Shown here piece by piece: positions 8,284 to 16,338 of a DNA stretch of 64,000 nucleotides (within the stretch, counting starts at the first letter, position 1; the number at the start of each line of letters is the position of its first letter). The translations under genes and the position numbers were made by a program. Origin of the DNA: Halieaceae bacterium. GTDB lineage: Bacteria; Pseudomonadota; Gammaproteobacteria; Pseudomonadales; Halieaceae. The stretch lies in the NCBI GenBank assembly GCA_036351355.1, contig JAZBOX010000140.1:366-64365 (forward strand), read 5' to 3'. The notes below the pieces were generated by a model that worked only from the letters and a program-made list of their open reading frames with translations, made no database searches and was not told the origin of the DNA.

Positions 8284-9348
8284 TTATTCCTGACTGCGCT
8301 GCTTCCAGTCCTTGGCCTCGGCGACGACTTTCGCAAAGCCCCTTGCCCTCGCCCTGCGCTGAGCGATCGTTGCCGTGGCTTCGACGTTCTCGCTCTGCAG
8401 CTTCTGGTAGCTCGCCAGACGGCGCGGATCGAGCGCTCCGTCCTCGATTGCGGCCTTGATGGCACAGCCGGGCTCGGAGGCATGGGCGCAGTCGCTGAAG
8501 CGGCAGCGCCCCGCGAGGCGGTCGATATCCTCGAAGACGTCGCCGAGTGCCTCGTCGACATCGGTGACACGCAGCTCGCGCATGCCGGGTACATCGATGA
8601 GCAGGCCCCCGCCCGGCAGGCGATAGAGCGCGCGGTGCGTGGTCGTATGCCGGCCCCTCGCGTCCTGCTCGCGAATGCCCTGCGTGGCCGCCATCTCCTT
8701 GCCGGCGAGAGCGTTGAGAAGCGTCGACTTTCCCACGCCCGACGAGCCGACCAGCGCTACGGTGCTGCGGGGGCGAATCCAGGCCTCGAGGCCAGCGAGG
8801 TCCTCCGGATCCGTCGCGTTTACCACCTCGACGGCAAGCTGGCTGTGTAGTTTTCGCGCCCGCTCTTCGTAGGCCAGCGGGTCATCGCTGAGATCGGCCT
8901 TGCTCAGCACCAGCACGGGGACCACCCCCGCTTCGTGGCACAGCGCAAGGTAGCGCTCGATGCGCGCCTCCTTGAATTCGTCGTTGCACGAGGAGACCAC
9001 GAAAACCGTATCGACATTCGCCGCGATGGGCTGTATCTCGTCACCGCGCCCGGCCGCCGCACGCTTGAACAGACTGCGCCTGTCCAGCACCTGCTCGACG
9101 GTGTCGCGGCGTTCGTTGAGCACCACCCAGTCGCCGACCGTGGGCCGATCGATCAGGTCCGAGCGCAGCAGTTCCATCGCGAGGCTCACGCGGCGCTCGC
9201 CCTCATCGGTCATGACCCGGAGTTCCGAGCGCTGCACCTCGGTCACGCGACCCAACTGCGCCCGCGGGCGCGATGACTCGGCCAGCTGTTGCAGGACCCA
9301 GGCATCGAGGCCGAAATCAACGAGCTTATCGGCCATACCCTGGCTCAT
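8284..9348 (-). CDS. rsgA: ribosome small subunit-dependent GTPase A
   Basis: Circularly permuted GTPase: ...LSKADL..., GSSGVGKSTLLNAL, GRHTTT. C-terminal Zn knuckle CRFSDCAHASEPGCAI. Confidence 0.9.
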   Translation of the reverse strand: MSQGMADKLVDFGLDAWVLQQLAESSRPRAQLGRVTEVQRSELRVMTDEGERRVSLAMELLRSDLIDRPTVGDWVVLNERRDTVEQVLDRRSLFKRAAAGRGDEIQPIAANVDTVFVVSSCNDEFKEARIERYLALCHEAGVVPVLVLSKADLSDDPLAYEERARKLHSQLAVEVVNATDPEDLAGLEAWIRPRSTVALVGSSGVGKSTLLNALAGKEMAATQGIREQDARGRHTTTHRALYRLPGGGLLIDVPGMRELRVTDVDEALGDVFEDIDRLAGRCRFSDCAHASEPGCAIKAAIEDGALDPRRLASYQKLQSENVEATATIAQRRARARGFAKVVAEAKDWKQRSQE

Positions 9349-9520
9349 GGTTCATTATTGGCCCGAGCTTAGGTAGAGCGCTGACGCGAGGCAAGCAGGC
9401 GCGTGTCCAGCCGCCCTTCGAGCGCCAGTCTTCCGGGAAAAAACCCCTGTCGAGCGTTAAACTGCGGGCAGAAGGCATACTGCGTTTTTGACCCGAGAAG
9501 CAAAGGAGTGCCGCGGCCCG

Positions 9521-9904
9521 ATGGACAACGAGGATCGTCCCGCTACCGGTGATGCGTCGGAACCGTCGGCGCCTGAGCGTAGCCGCCGCGCCGCAGCAGC
9601 CAAAGCAGCGCCCTTCCGCCACGGTCACCGCCATCAGGCCCACCCGCTGAGCGCTGCCGAGGTGACCGCCGTCGCGGCGATCTGCAATCGCTACGCGCGT
9701 CTGCGCCGCGGCACGGTGGACCGCGATGCCCTGTTCCTCGATTTCGAGATCGTGCAGTCGCACTGCCCGCTGAACCTCGTCGCACTGGCGTCGGCGCCGG
9801 ACCGGGTTTTCCTGGAGGAAATGGCAATGATCGGTGAGTACACCGATCGCACGACGCGCAGCCTGCGTGGTGGGTTCGAGTCGCGCTTCATGAGCGGTCA
9901 GTAA
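9521..9904 (+). CDS. hypothetical protein
   Basis: The ORF-track entry 9488..9904 starts on TTG; I prefer ATG 9521. The C-terminal half (LFLDFEIVQSHCPLNLVALASAPDRVFLEEMAMIGEYTDRTTRSLRGGFESRF) looks like a folded domain. No function recognised. Confidence 0.45.
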   Translation: MDNEDRPATGDASEPSAPERSRRAAAAKAAPFRHGHRHQAHPLSAAEVTAVAAICNRYARLRRGTVDRDALFLDFEIVQSHCPLNLVALASAPDRVFLEEMAMIGEYTDRTTRSLRGGFESRFMSGQ

Positions 9905-9922
9905 GCGCAAGAGGCCTGGGGC

Positions 9923-10318
9923 TCAGTCGCGCTGCCGCGCGCGATACTCGCGCAGTTCGATATTGAAGCTTGCCACGACTTCCTCTTCTGCCGACACGGC
10001 TGCGTGGTAGGCGTCTTCGGCCTGCGCCCGATCTTCTGCCGTGGCAGCAGCCTTGTCGGCCCGATCCAGGCGGCCGAAGCGAGCCTCGAGGCAGTGCATG
10101 TACTGCATGTTCTGCGCCTGAAATGCCTTGATGGCCCGCTGTCCGGCGAGCATGGTCTCGTACGGCGCGGTGGCCCCATCGGGAATTGCCGGCAGCGGTG
10201 GCGCCACGCATTCCTGAGCGAGTGCCTCGCATGCCGCGACCGTTGTCAGACCCAGAAGCACGCGCCGCAGACTTGAGCGAAGGATCGCTGCCGCTGGACT
10301 ACCACACCACCGACGCAT
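9923..10318 (-). CDS. secreted/periplasmic hypothetical protein
   Basis: N-terminal signal-like segment (LRRVLLGLTTVAACEALAQE), followed by a helical Cys-containing domain. Confidence 0.5.
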   Translation of the reverse strand: MRRWCGSPAAAILRSSLRRVLLGLTTVAACEALAQECVAPPLPAIPDGATAPYETMLAGQRAIKAFQAQNMQYMHCLEARFGRLDRADKAAATAEDRAQAEDAYHAAVSAEEEVVASFNIELREYRARQRD

Positions 10319-10324
10319 CGCCGG

Positions 10325-12163
10325 TCAGTCTTTTCCGATCCACAGGCGCGGAAGCTGGTACTGACGCTCCAGAGCCGCCGCGATGCGCTCGGCTTCATCG
10401 CGACTACCGAGGCCGACGACGCGCACGCGGAACAGGCTGCGTCCGCCCGCATCGGCCTCCTGCACGCGCACCGTGCCGCGATCGACTTCGATGCGCGATG
10501 CCCAGCGATCGGCGATCGGACGCTGCGCATAGGATCCGAAATTGACGAACCAGTCCCCCACCGCCGGTGCCGCGGGCGCCGCCGGCGCGGAAGCGGCCGC
10601 GTTCGCGCGGCGTGCCGCCGCCGTGCGCGCGGCTTCGGCCGAGGCGCGGGCAGTTTCTTCCGCCGCTGCACTCTCCTCGAGCCGCGCTTCAAGACCGGCG
10701 AGCTGTTCGCTCAGGGCCGCGTTCTCGCCTTCAAGGGCGGCCACGCTTGCTAACAGTGATTCATTTTCGCGCTCGACCTGGCGCAGCAGTTCGCGTTCGG
10801 CGGCAGCCTGCTGTGGTGTAAGCGCGGTGGCGAGCTGCGCCTGCAGTTCGCGGATCTCGCTTTCCAGCGCGCCGCGCTGCTGGATGACGCCGTAGCCCCC
10901 CGCGCCGAGGAGAGCAAGGCCGATGACCACAACGGCGATCATCGGCCAGGGGATCGCTGAGCCGGCTGATTCCCCGGTCTGCTCTGCGTGGTCTTCGAGG
11001 TCGCGGCCAGCGTCGGTTTCGTCTACGGCGCGTTCCACTGTCGATGAGAAAGACAGTGGTAGCGCCGCCTCCCGTTGTTGTTCCGCTGCGATCCCTGCGC
11101 CATAGGCAGGTTGCTCTTGCCTCGACGTCACGACCTCATCGATGTTGTCATTGATGTCGTCATCGATATCGTCGTAGGCCTCGGGTTCGTCGAGCTCGTT
11201 GAGGAAATCATCGACGAGAACCTCGTCGGCCAGCACGTCGTCATCCCCGTCGCCGCGCGTGCGCGAAGCGGCCTCATCGTCGAGGCCGCCGCGGGCATCG
11301 ACCGCTTCGTCGCCATCCTCGATCCCGGCTGCGATCCCGGCCGCGCTGCCCATCGCCGCAGTCACCGGCGCTACGGCCTCGTAGGCACGCTCCCCGGTGC
11401 TGGCGATGGAGTCGCTAGCTGCGGCGGTCTCCTGCGCTGTTTCGATCTGCGTCGGCGACTCGGTCATTGCGGCGTCGTTCGGGGCCGGCGCGTTGGCCCC
11501 GGCTGCCTCGGAATCCGCTGCCACTGGTGCCGGTGCAGGCTCTCCGAATTCCGCTTCGGGAGGCGCAGGAGCCCGCCTGTCGTCATCATCGACGGGGTCG
11601 TCGAAAAAGGCTTCCGGCAGATCGCTCTCGCTTTCTTCGACGGCCCATTCGTCTGCGTCCGTGAAACTGCTGTCTTCGGCGCCGGTTTCAGCACGGCCTT
11701 CGGGGTCTCTCCATGCGGGCTCGGCAGCAGATTCCTCGCCTGGCGGTGCCTGGGCCCGGGAGCGCGTCTCGGGCAGATCGTCGAGGCTCGCGTCGGGTGA
11801 GGGCCAGTCCGCCAGAGGGTCATCGAGGTCCGCTGCGAAGGCCGCATAACCCGGATCGGGCGCCTCGGTCGCGTCACCGTTCTGCGGCAGCGGGAAGTCA
11901 TCGTCGGAGAAGGCGTCGATATCGTCGTCCATGCGAAGGACGCGCTCACCCGGACCGGAATCTTCGGCAGCGCCGTCGCTGGCGAACTCGCTGCCGCCGG
12001 GCGGTGACTGCTCCTGGCCTTGGTCAGAGTTTCCGGCGTCGCTGGTGTCGAAAGCCTCACTGGAGCTATCGCGATCTCCTTCGCCGCGCCAGTCACTGCG
12101 CCCGTCGTCGTCCGCGTCTTCCCAGGGCCTGTTCTCGTCCCCCGCCATTGTCGTGATCTCCAC
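10325..12163 (-). CDS. SPOR domain-containing membrane protein with a long hyper-acidic N-terminal region
   Basis: About 390 aa of D/E/A-rich low complexity, then one TM helix (IPWPMIAVVVIGLALLGAGGYGVI), a coiled coil, and a C-terminal SPOR-like block (WFVNFGSYAQRPIADRWASRI...FRVRVVGLGSRDEAERIAAAL). Confidence 0.8.
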   Translation of the reverse strand: MEITTMAGDENRPWEDADDDGRSDWRGEGDRDSSSEAFDTSDAGNSDQGQEQSPPGGSEFASDGAAEDSGPGERVLRMDDDIDAFSDDDFPLPQNGDATEAPDPGYAAFAADLDDPLADWPSPDASLDDLPETRSRAQAPPGEESAAEPAWRDPEGRAETGAEDSSFTDADEWAVEESESDLPEAFFDDPVDDDDRRAPAPPEAEFGEPAPAPVAADSEAAGANAPAPNDAAMTESPTQIETAQETAAASDSIASTGERAYEAVAPVTAAMGSAAGIAAGIEDGDEAVDARGGLDDEAASRTRGDGDDDVLADEVLVDDFLNELDEPEAYDDIDDDINDNIDEVVTSRQEQPAYGAGIAAEQQREAALPLSFSSTVERAVDETDAGRDLEDHAEQTGESAGSAIPWPMIAVVVIGLALLGAGGYGVIQQRGALESEIRELQAQLATALTPQQAAAERELLRQVERENESLLASVAALEGENAALSEQLAGLEARLEESAAAEETARASAEAARTAAARRANAAASAPAAPAAPAVGDWFVNFGSYAQRPIADRWASRIEVDRGTVRVQEADAGGRSLFRVRVVGLGSRDEAERIAAALERQYQLPRLWIGKD

Positions 12164-12201
12164 GAATTCCCGTGCTGGCGATAGTAGCAGAGGCGCTATC
12201 G

Positions 12202-12385
12202 CTAGCCCGAATATCTCACCGACTCCCGGCTGCGGTCGCGGATCTGCCGAGAAATCCTGCGTTGCGCTCGGATCGGGTGCTCGACGTACTGTCCATTACG
12301 CCTGCGCGCCCGATCGGTCGCGCGCCTTGCCTTTCCCAGCATCTCCGCCCCCTCGCTTCGCGAATCGGTGAGATATTCGGGCTAG
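12202..12385. repeat. perfect 21-bp inverted repeat (CTAGCCCGAATATCTCACCGA / TCGGTGAGATATTCGGGCTAG) flanking 142 bp in the divergent SPOR-gene / uvrD intergenic region
   Basis: Left arm is 12202-12222 and right arm is 12365-12385, exact reverse complements. Each arm lies 37-38 nt from the start codon of the gene it faces and reads TGAGATATT (extended -10-like) in that gene's direction. Confidence 0.9.
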
Positions 12386-12422
12386 GCCTGCAGTGTCCGT
12401 CGCCGATGCCTATGGAGTTAGA

Positions 12423-14612
12423 ATGGCGGCGATGGACGTCAGTGACATTCTCTCGGGCCTCAACGAGGCGCAGCGCGACGCGGTCACCGCGGAAACGGGC
12501 AATATGCTCGTCCTCGCCGGTGCCGGTTCCGGCAAGACGCGCGTCCTGGTGCATCGCATCGCCTGGCTGATCCGCGCCGAGGGTCTGTCGCCGCACGGTC
12601 TGCTCGCCGTTACCTTCACCAACAAGGCGGCGCGCGAGATGCGCGGCCGCATCGAACAGATGCTGCAGATCGCCACCCACGGCATGTGGGTCGGCACCTT
12701 TCACGGCCTTGCCCATCGCCTGCTGAAAATGCACTGGCGCGAGGCGCGTCTGCCGCAGAACTTCCAGATCCTCGACAGCGACGATCAGCTGCGCCTGGTC
12801 AAGCGCGTTTGCCGCGAGCTGCAGCTCGATGAATCGCGCTGGCCGCCGAAGCAGGCGCAGTGGTACATCAACGCGCAAAAGGACGAGGGCCTGCGCGCGG
12901 CGCACATCGAGGCGCCGCTCGGCGACCTTTACGTCAAGACCATGCTGCAGATCTACGCCGCCTACGAGGCCGCCTGCGAGCGCGGCGGCCTCGTGGACTT
13001 CGCCGAACTGCTGCTGCGCGCGCACGAACTCTGGCTGAATAACCCCGAGCTGCTGGCGCATTACCAGGGACGCTTCCGCCAGGTCCTCGTCGACGAATTC
13101 CAGGATACCAACACGGTCCAGTATGCCTGGTTGCGCGTGCTCGCCGGTGAGACCATCCCCGTGGTGGCGGTCGGCGATGATGACCAGTCGATCTACGGCT
13201 GGCGCGGTGCAAAGATCGAGAACATCCAGCGCTTCGGTGAGGATTTTCGCGGCACGCGCGTGGTGCGCCTCGAGCAGAACTACCGCTCGACGCAGACCAT
13301 CCTCAGCGCAGCCAACGGCGTGATCGCGCACAACAGCGGGCGCCTCGGCAAGGAGCTCTGGACCGCGGGCGAAAACGGCGAGCCGATCCAGCTCTACGCC
13401 GGCTTCAACGAGCAGGACGAGGCCCGCTTCATCGTCGAGCAGCTCGAAAGCTGGACAAGCCAGGGCAACACGCGCCGCTCGGCGGCCATCCTCTACCGCT
13501 CGAACGCGCAGTCCCGCGTGCTCGAAGAGGCGCTGCTGCGCGTCGGGATGCCCTACCGCATCTACGGCGGCCAGCGGTTCTACGAGCGCCTCGAGATCCG
13601 CAACGCCATGGGCTACCTGCGCCTTCTGGTCAGCCGTGGCGATGACGCCGCCATGGAGCGGGTGATCAATACGCCGCCGCGAGGCATCGGCGCAAAGACC
13701 ATCGACACGCTGCGAGAAACCGCGCGCGAGAGTGAGTGCACGCTGTGGCAGGCCATCGCCCTGTGCCAGGAGCGTAAGCTGCTGTCATCGCGCGCTCTCT
13801 CCGCCCTCGAGGGCTTCCGCGTGCTGATCGACGAAATGGACACTGCGACGGATCCGATGACCCTCGAGGAGCTGGTCGAGCAGGTCATCAAGCGTTCGGG
13901 GCTGATCGACTATCACCGCAACGAAAAGGGCGAGAAGGGACTCGCGCGCGTCGAGAACCTCGAGGAACTGGTCTCCGCAGCGCGCAGCTTCAGCCCCGAG
14001 GGCGAGGAGCTGTCGCCACTGCAGCAGTTCGTGGACAGCGCGGCGCTCGATGCCGGGGAGGGCCAGGCCGATCCGCACGAAGACAGCGTGCAGCTGATGA
14101 CGCTGCACTCGGCGAAGGGGCTCGAATTTCCCCTCGTCTTCCTCGCCGGCATGGAGGAGAACCTGTTCCCGCACCGCATGTCCAGCGAGGAGCCGGGCCG
14201 TCTCGAGGAAGAGCGGCGCCTGTGCTACGTCGGCATCACCCGGGCCATGCAGCGCCTGTTCCTTACCTACGCGGAGACCCGACGCCTGCACGGCGCCGAC
14301 AGCTACAACGCGCCGTCGCGCTTCGTACGAGAAATCCCCGCCGAGCTGGTCAACGAAGTCCGCCTGCGAAGCAGCATCACCCGGCCCGTGAACGCCGGCT
14401 TTTCGTCACGTGGCTCGGTGCTGGGCGCCGGCGTGCCGGCCGCCGACACGGGGCTCAGTCTCGGCCAGCGCGTGCACCACAAGATGTTCGGCGAAGGCGT
14501 GGTACTCAACTTCGAAGGTCGCGGCAGCAACGCCCGCGTCGAAGTGAATTTCGATGGCGAGGGCACAAAGTGGCTGGTGCTGCAGTACGCGAAGCTCGAG
14601 GCCCTCGGCTGA
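12423..14612 (+). CDS. uvrD: DNA helicase II
   Basis: ...LNEAQRDAVTAETGNMLVLAGAGSGKTRVLVHRIAWL..., plus the full set of UvrD/Rep SF1 motifs. ATG 12423 has GGAG 5 nt upstream; the ORF track starts at GTG 12393. Confidence 0.95.
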   Translation: MAAMDVSDILSGLNEAQRDAVTAETGNMLVLAGAGSGKTRVLVHRIAWLIRAEGLSPHGLLAVTFTNKAAREMRGRIEQMLQIATHGMWVGTFHGLAHRLLKMHWREARLPQNFQILDSDDQLRLVKRVCRELQLDESRWPPKQAQWYINAQKDEGLRAAHIEAPLGDLYVKTMLQIYAAYEAACERGGLVDFAELLLRAHELWLNNPELLAHYQGRFRQVLVDEFQDTNTVQYAWLRVLAGETIPVVAVGDDDQSIYGWRGAKIENIQRFGEDFRGTRVVRLEQNYRSTQTILSAANGVIAHNSGRLGKELWTAGENGEPIQLYAGFNEQDEARFIVEQLESWTSQGNTRRSAAILYRSNAQSRVLEEALLRVGMPYRIYGGQRFYERLEIRNAMGYLRLLVSRGDDAAMERVINTPPRGIGAKTIDTLRETARESECTLWQAIALCQERKLLSSRALSALEGFRVLIDEMDTATDPMTLEELVEQVIKRSGLIDYHRNEKGEKGLARVENLEELVSAARSFSPEGEELSPLQQFVDSAALDAGEGQADPHEDSVQLMTLHSAKGLEFPLVFLAGMEENLFPHRMSSEEPGRLEEERRLCYVGITRAMQRLFLTYAETRRLHGADSYNAPSRFVREIPAELVNEVRLRSSITRPVNAGFSSRGSVLGAGVPAADTGLSLGQRVHHKMFGEGVVLNFEGRGSNARVEVNFDGEGTKWLVLQYAKLEALG

Positions 14613-14641
14613 GCGCCTTCAGCCCGCGCTTTTCCGCCGAT

Positions 14642-14657
14642 CCCTGCCATGGCAGGG
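14642..14657 (+). terminator. 16-nt perfect palindrome CCCTGCCATGGCAGGG just after the uvrD stop (hairpin, no clear U-tract)
   Basis: Seen directly in the sequence, 30 nt downstream of the uvrD stop. Confidence 0.3.
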
Positions 14658-14703
14658 TGTAGTAAGTGCCGAAGGAAAAAAAACATAAGGGAGCACAAGC
14701 ATC

Positions 14704-15867
14704 ATGAGCGCTGAGCGCATTAACCGCGAGGCCCTGGCCGTTCTCGTCCTCGCCGCCCTCCTGGTCATCGTGGTCGGACTGTGGGCGATGGACGAGGGCA
14801 AGGCCGGCGTTGGCGGTAGCCGCAATTCGATGAGCGTTGGCGAGGACGAGGTGATCCACTGGAAGCTGGTGACCACCTGGCCCAAAAACCTGCCGGGCCT
14901 TGGCCACACGCCGGAGGTCTTTGCCGACATGGTGCGCGAGATGAGCGCCGGCCGCCTCGACATCCGCGTTTATGGTGCGGGTGAGATAGTTCCCGCCTTC
15001 GAGGTCTTCGACGCCGTCTCCAGCGGGGTGGCGGAGGTTGGGCACGGCGCCGGCTACTACTGGAAGGGCAAGATTCCCTCCTCCGTGTTCTTCACCGCCG
15101 TGCCCTTCGGCATGACGGCGCAGGAAATGAACGGCTGGCTGCACTATGGCGGTGGTATCGAGCTGTACCGCGAGGCCTACGCCCCGGCGGGCATCGTGCC
15201 CTTCGCCGGTGGCAGCACGGGCGTGCAGATGGCGGGCTGGTTCAACCGCGAGATCCGCAGCGTGGAGGATCTGCGCGGACTGCGTATGCGCATCCCCGGT
15301 CTTGCCGGCGAGGTGTTCAGCGCCGCCGGCGGTGAGGCCGTGCGCATCCCCGGCGGCGAGGTCTACACCGCGCTGCAGACGGGCGTCATCGACGCCGTGG
15401 AATGGGTCGGACCCTACAACGATCTCGCCCTCGGCCTGCACGAGATCGCCGAGTACTACTACTACCCGGGCTGGCACGAGCCGGGTTCGATGCTCGAGTT
15501 CATCGTCAACGAGGAAGCGCTCGAGTCGCTGCCCGAGGACATCAAGGCGATCGTCAAGTATGCCGCGCGCGCCGCCAACCAGGACATGCTCGACGAGTTC
15601 ACGGCGCGCAACAACCGGGCGCTGCGCGAACTCGTTGAAAGGCACAAGGTGAAGCTTCGCCGTCTGCCCGACGACGTCATGGCCGCGCTCTACCGCGGCA
15701 GCGAGGAGGCCATCCAGCGCCTCGTCGACAGTGACCCTCTCGCGGCGCGGGTCTACGAGTCTTTTTCAAGCTTCCTCGAGGACGTGCGCGCCTATCATGA
15801 GATTTCCGAGCAGGCCTACATCAATGCCCGTCGCGACGTGATGGGAGAGCTGATTCCCCCACAGTAG
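14704..15867 (+). CDS. TRAP transporter substrate-binding protein (DctP family)
   Basis: Signal/anchor segment, then ...WKLVTTWPKNLPGLG..., ...YYWKGKIP..., ...GWFNREI... typical of DctP-type binding proteins. AAGGGAG precedes the ATG. Confidence 0.85.
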   Translation: MSAERINREALAVLVLAALLVIVVGLWAMDEGKAGVGGSRNSMSVGEDEVIHWKLVTTWPKNLPGLGHTPEVFADMVREMSAGRLDIRVYGAGEIVPAFEVFDAVSSGVAEVGHGAGYYWKGKIPSSVFFTAVPFGMTAQEMNGWLHYGGGIELYREAYAPAGIVPFAGGSTGVQMAGWFNREIRSVEDLRGLRMRIPGLAGEVFSAAGGEAVRIPGGEVYTALQTGVIDAVEWVGPYNDLALGLHEIAEYYYYPGWHEPGSMLEFIVNEEALESLPEDIKAIVKYAARAANQDMLDEFTARNNRALRELVERHKVKLRRLPDDVMAALYRGSEEAIQRLVDSDPLAARVYESFSSFLEDVRAYHEISEQAYINARRDVMGELIPPQ

Positions 15868-15886
15868 CGCGCCGGCACCGGTCGAT

Positions 15887-16282
15887 TCAGCGGCCGCGAA
15901 TCTGCCGCGTTCGGCGCTGCTCGTCGATGGCCACGTAGACGAATTCGCCTTCTGTCACCTTGATCGGCTCGCCGTCGTGCGGAGAGTTGATCCACACCTC
16001 GACCATGATGCGCACGGACGAGCGCCCGATCTCGATCACGTCGCAGTAGCAGGACACAACGGCACCCACGTGCACCGGCGTGATGAAGGCCATGCCGTCC
16101 ACGGCGACAGTGGCCACGCGCCCGCGTGCGACCTCGCCGGCGGTGATCGCTCCGGCCAGGTCCATCTGCGAGAGCAGCCAGCCGCCGAAGATGTCGCCCG
16201 AGGCATTCGTGTCTCGGGGCATGGCGATCGTCTGCAGGGAGAGGTCGCCCTGGGGAACGGGGTTGGTGTCGATGTCACTCAT
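15887..16282 (-). CDS. yciA: acyl-CoA thioesterase (hotdog fold, YciA-like)
   Basis: ...TIAMPRDTNASGDIFGGWLLSQMDLAG...VATVAVDGMAFITPVHVG.... Start placed at the MSDIDTNP methionine, because the longer ORF (to 16378) would overlap the dctM-type gene. Confidence 0.8.
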   Translation of the reverse strand: MSDIDTNPVPQGDLSLQTIAMPRDTNASGDIFGGWLLSQMDLAGAITAGEVARGRVATVAVDGMAFITPVHVGAVVSCYCDVIEIGRSSVRIMVEVWINSPHDGEPIKVTEGEFVYVAIDEQRRTRQIRGR

Positions 16283-16338
16283 CGCGTCGCTCGTAGCCTG
16301 TGCGTCGTATCGCCTGACGGGAGCTGCGGTGGCCCGGA

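Noticed and set aside
9858-9885. tRNA T-loop-like string GGGTTCGAGTCGCG
   Set aside because: The flanking bases cannot form a T-stem or the rest of a cloverleaf, and the string lies inside a plausible ORF.
12287-12302. Possible LexA (SOS) box upstream of uvrD (TACTGTCCATTACGCC)
   Set aside because: Only the CTGT half-site is present. The ACAG half at the required N8 spacing is missing.
12202-12385. Simple MITE interpretation of the 21-bp inverted-repeat element
   Set aside because: This is not fully excluded but is disfavoured. I see no flanking target-site duplication and no second full copy in the window, and the arms sit at the same distance from both divergent start codons. That placement fits a regulatory duplication better.
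12216-13331. 371-aa minus-strand ORF and the 132-aa plus-strand ORF 12172..12570 around the uvrD start
   Set aside because: These are antisense or out of frame relative to uvrD, and the remaining part covers the inverted-repeat intergenic region. They have no motifs.
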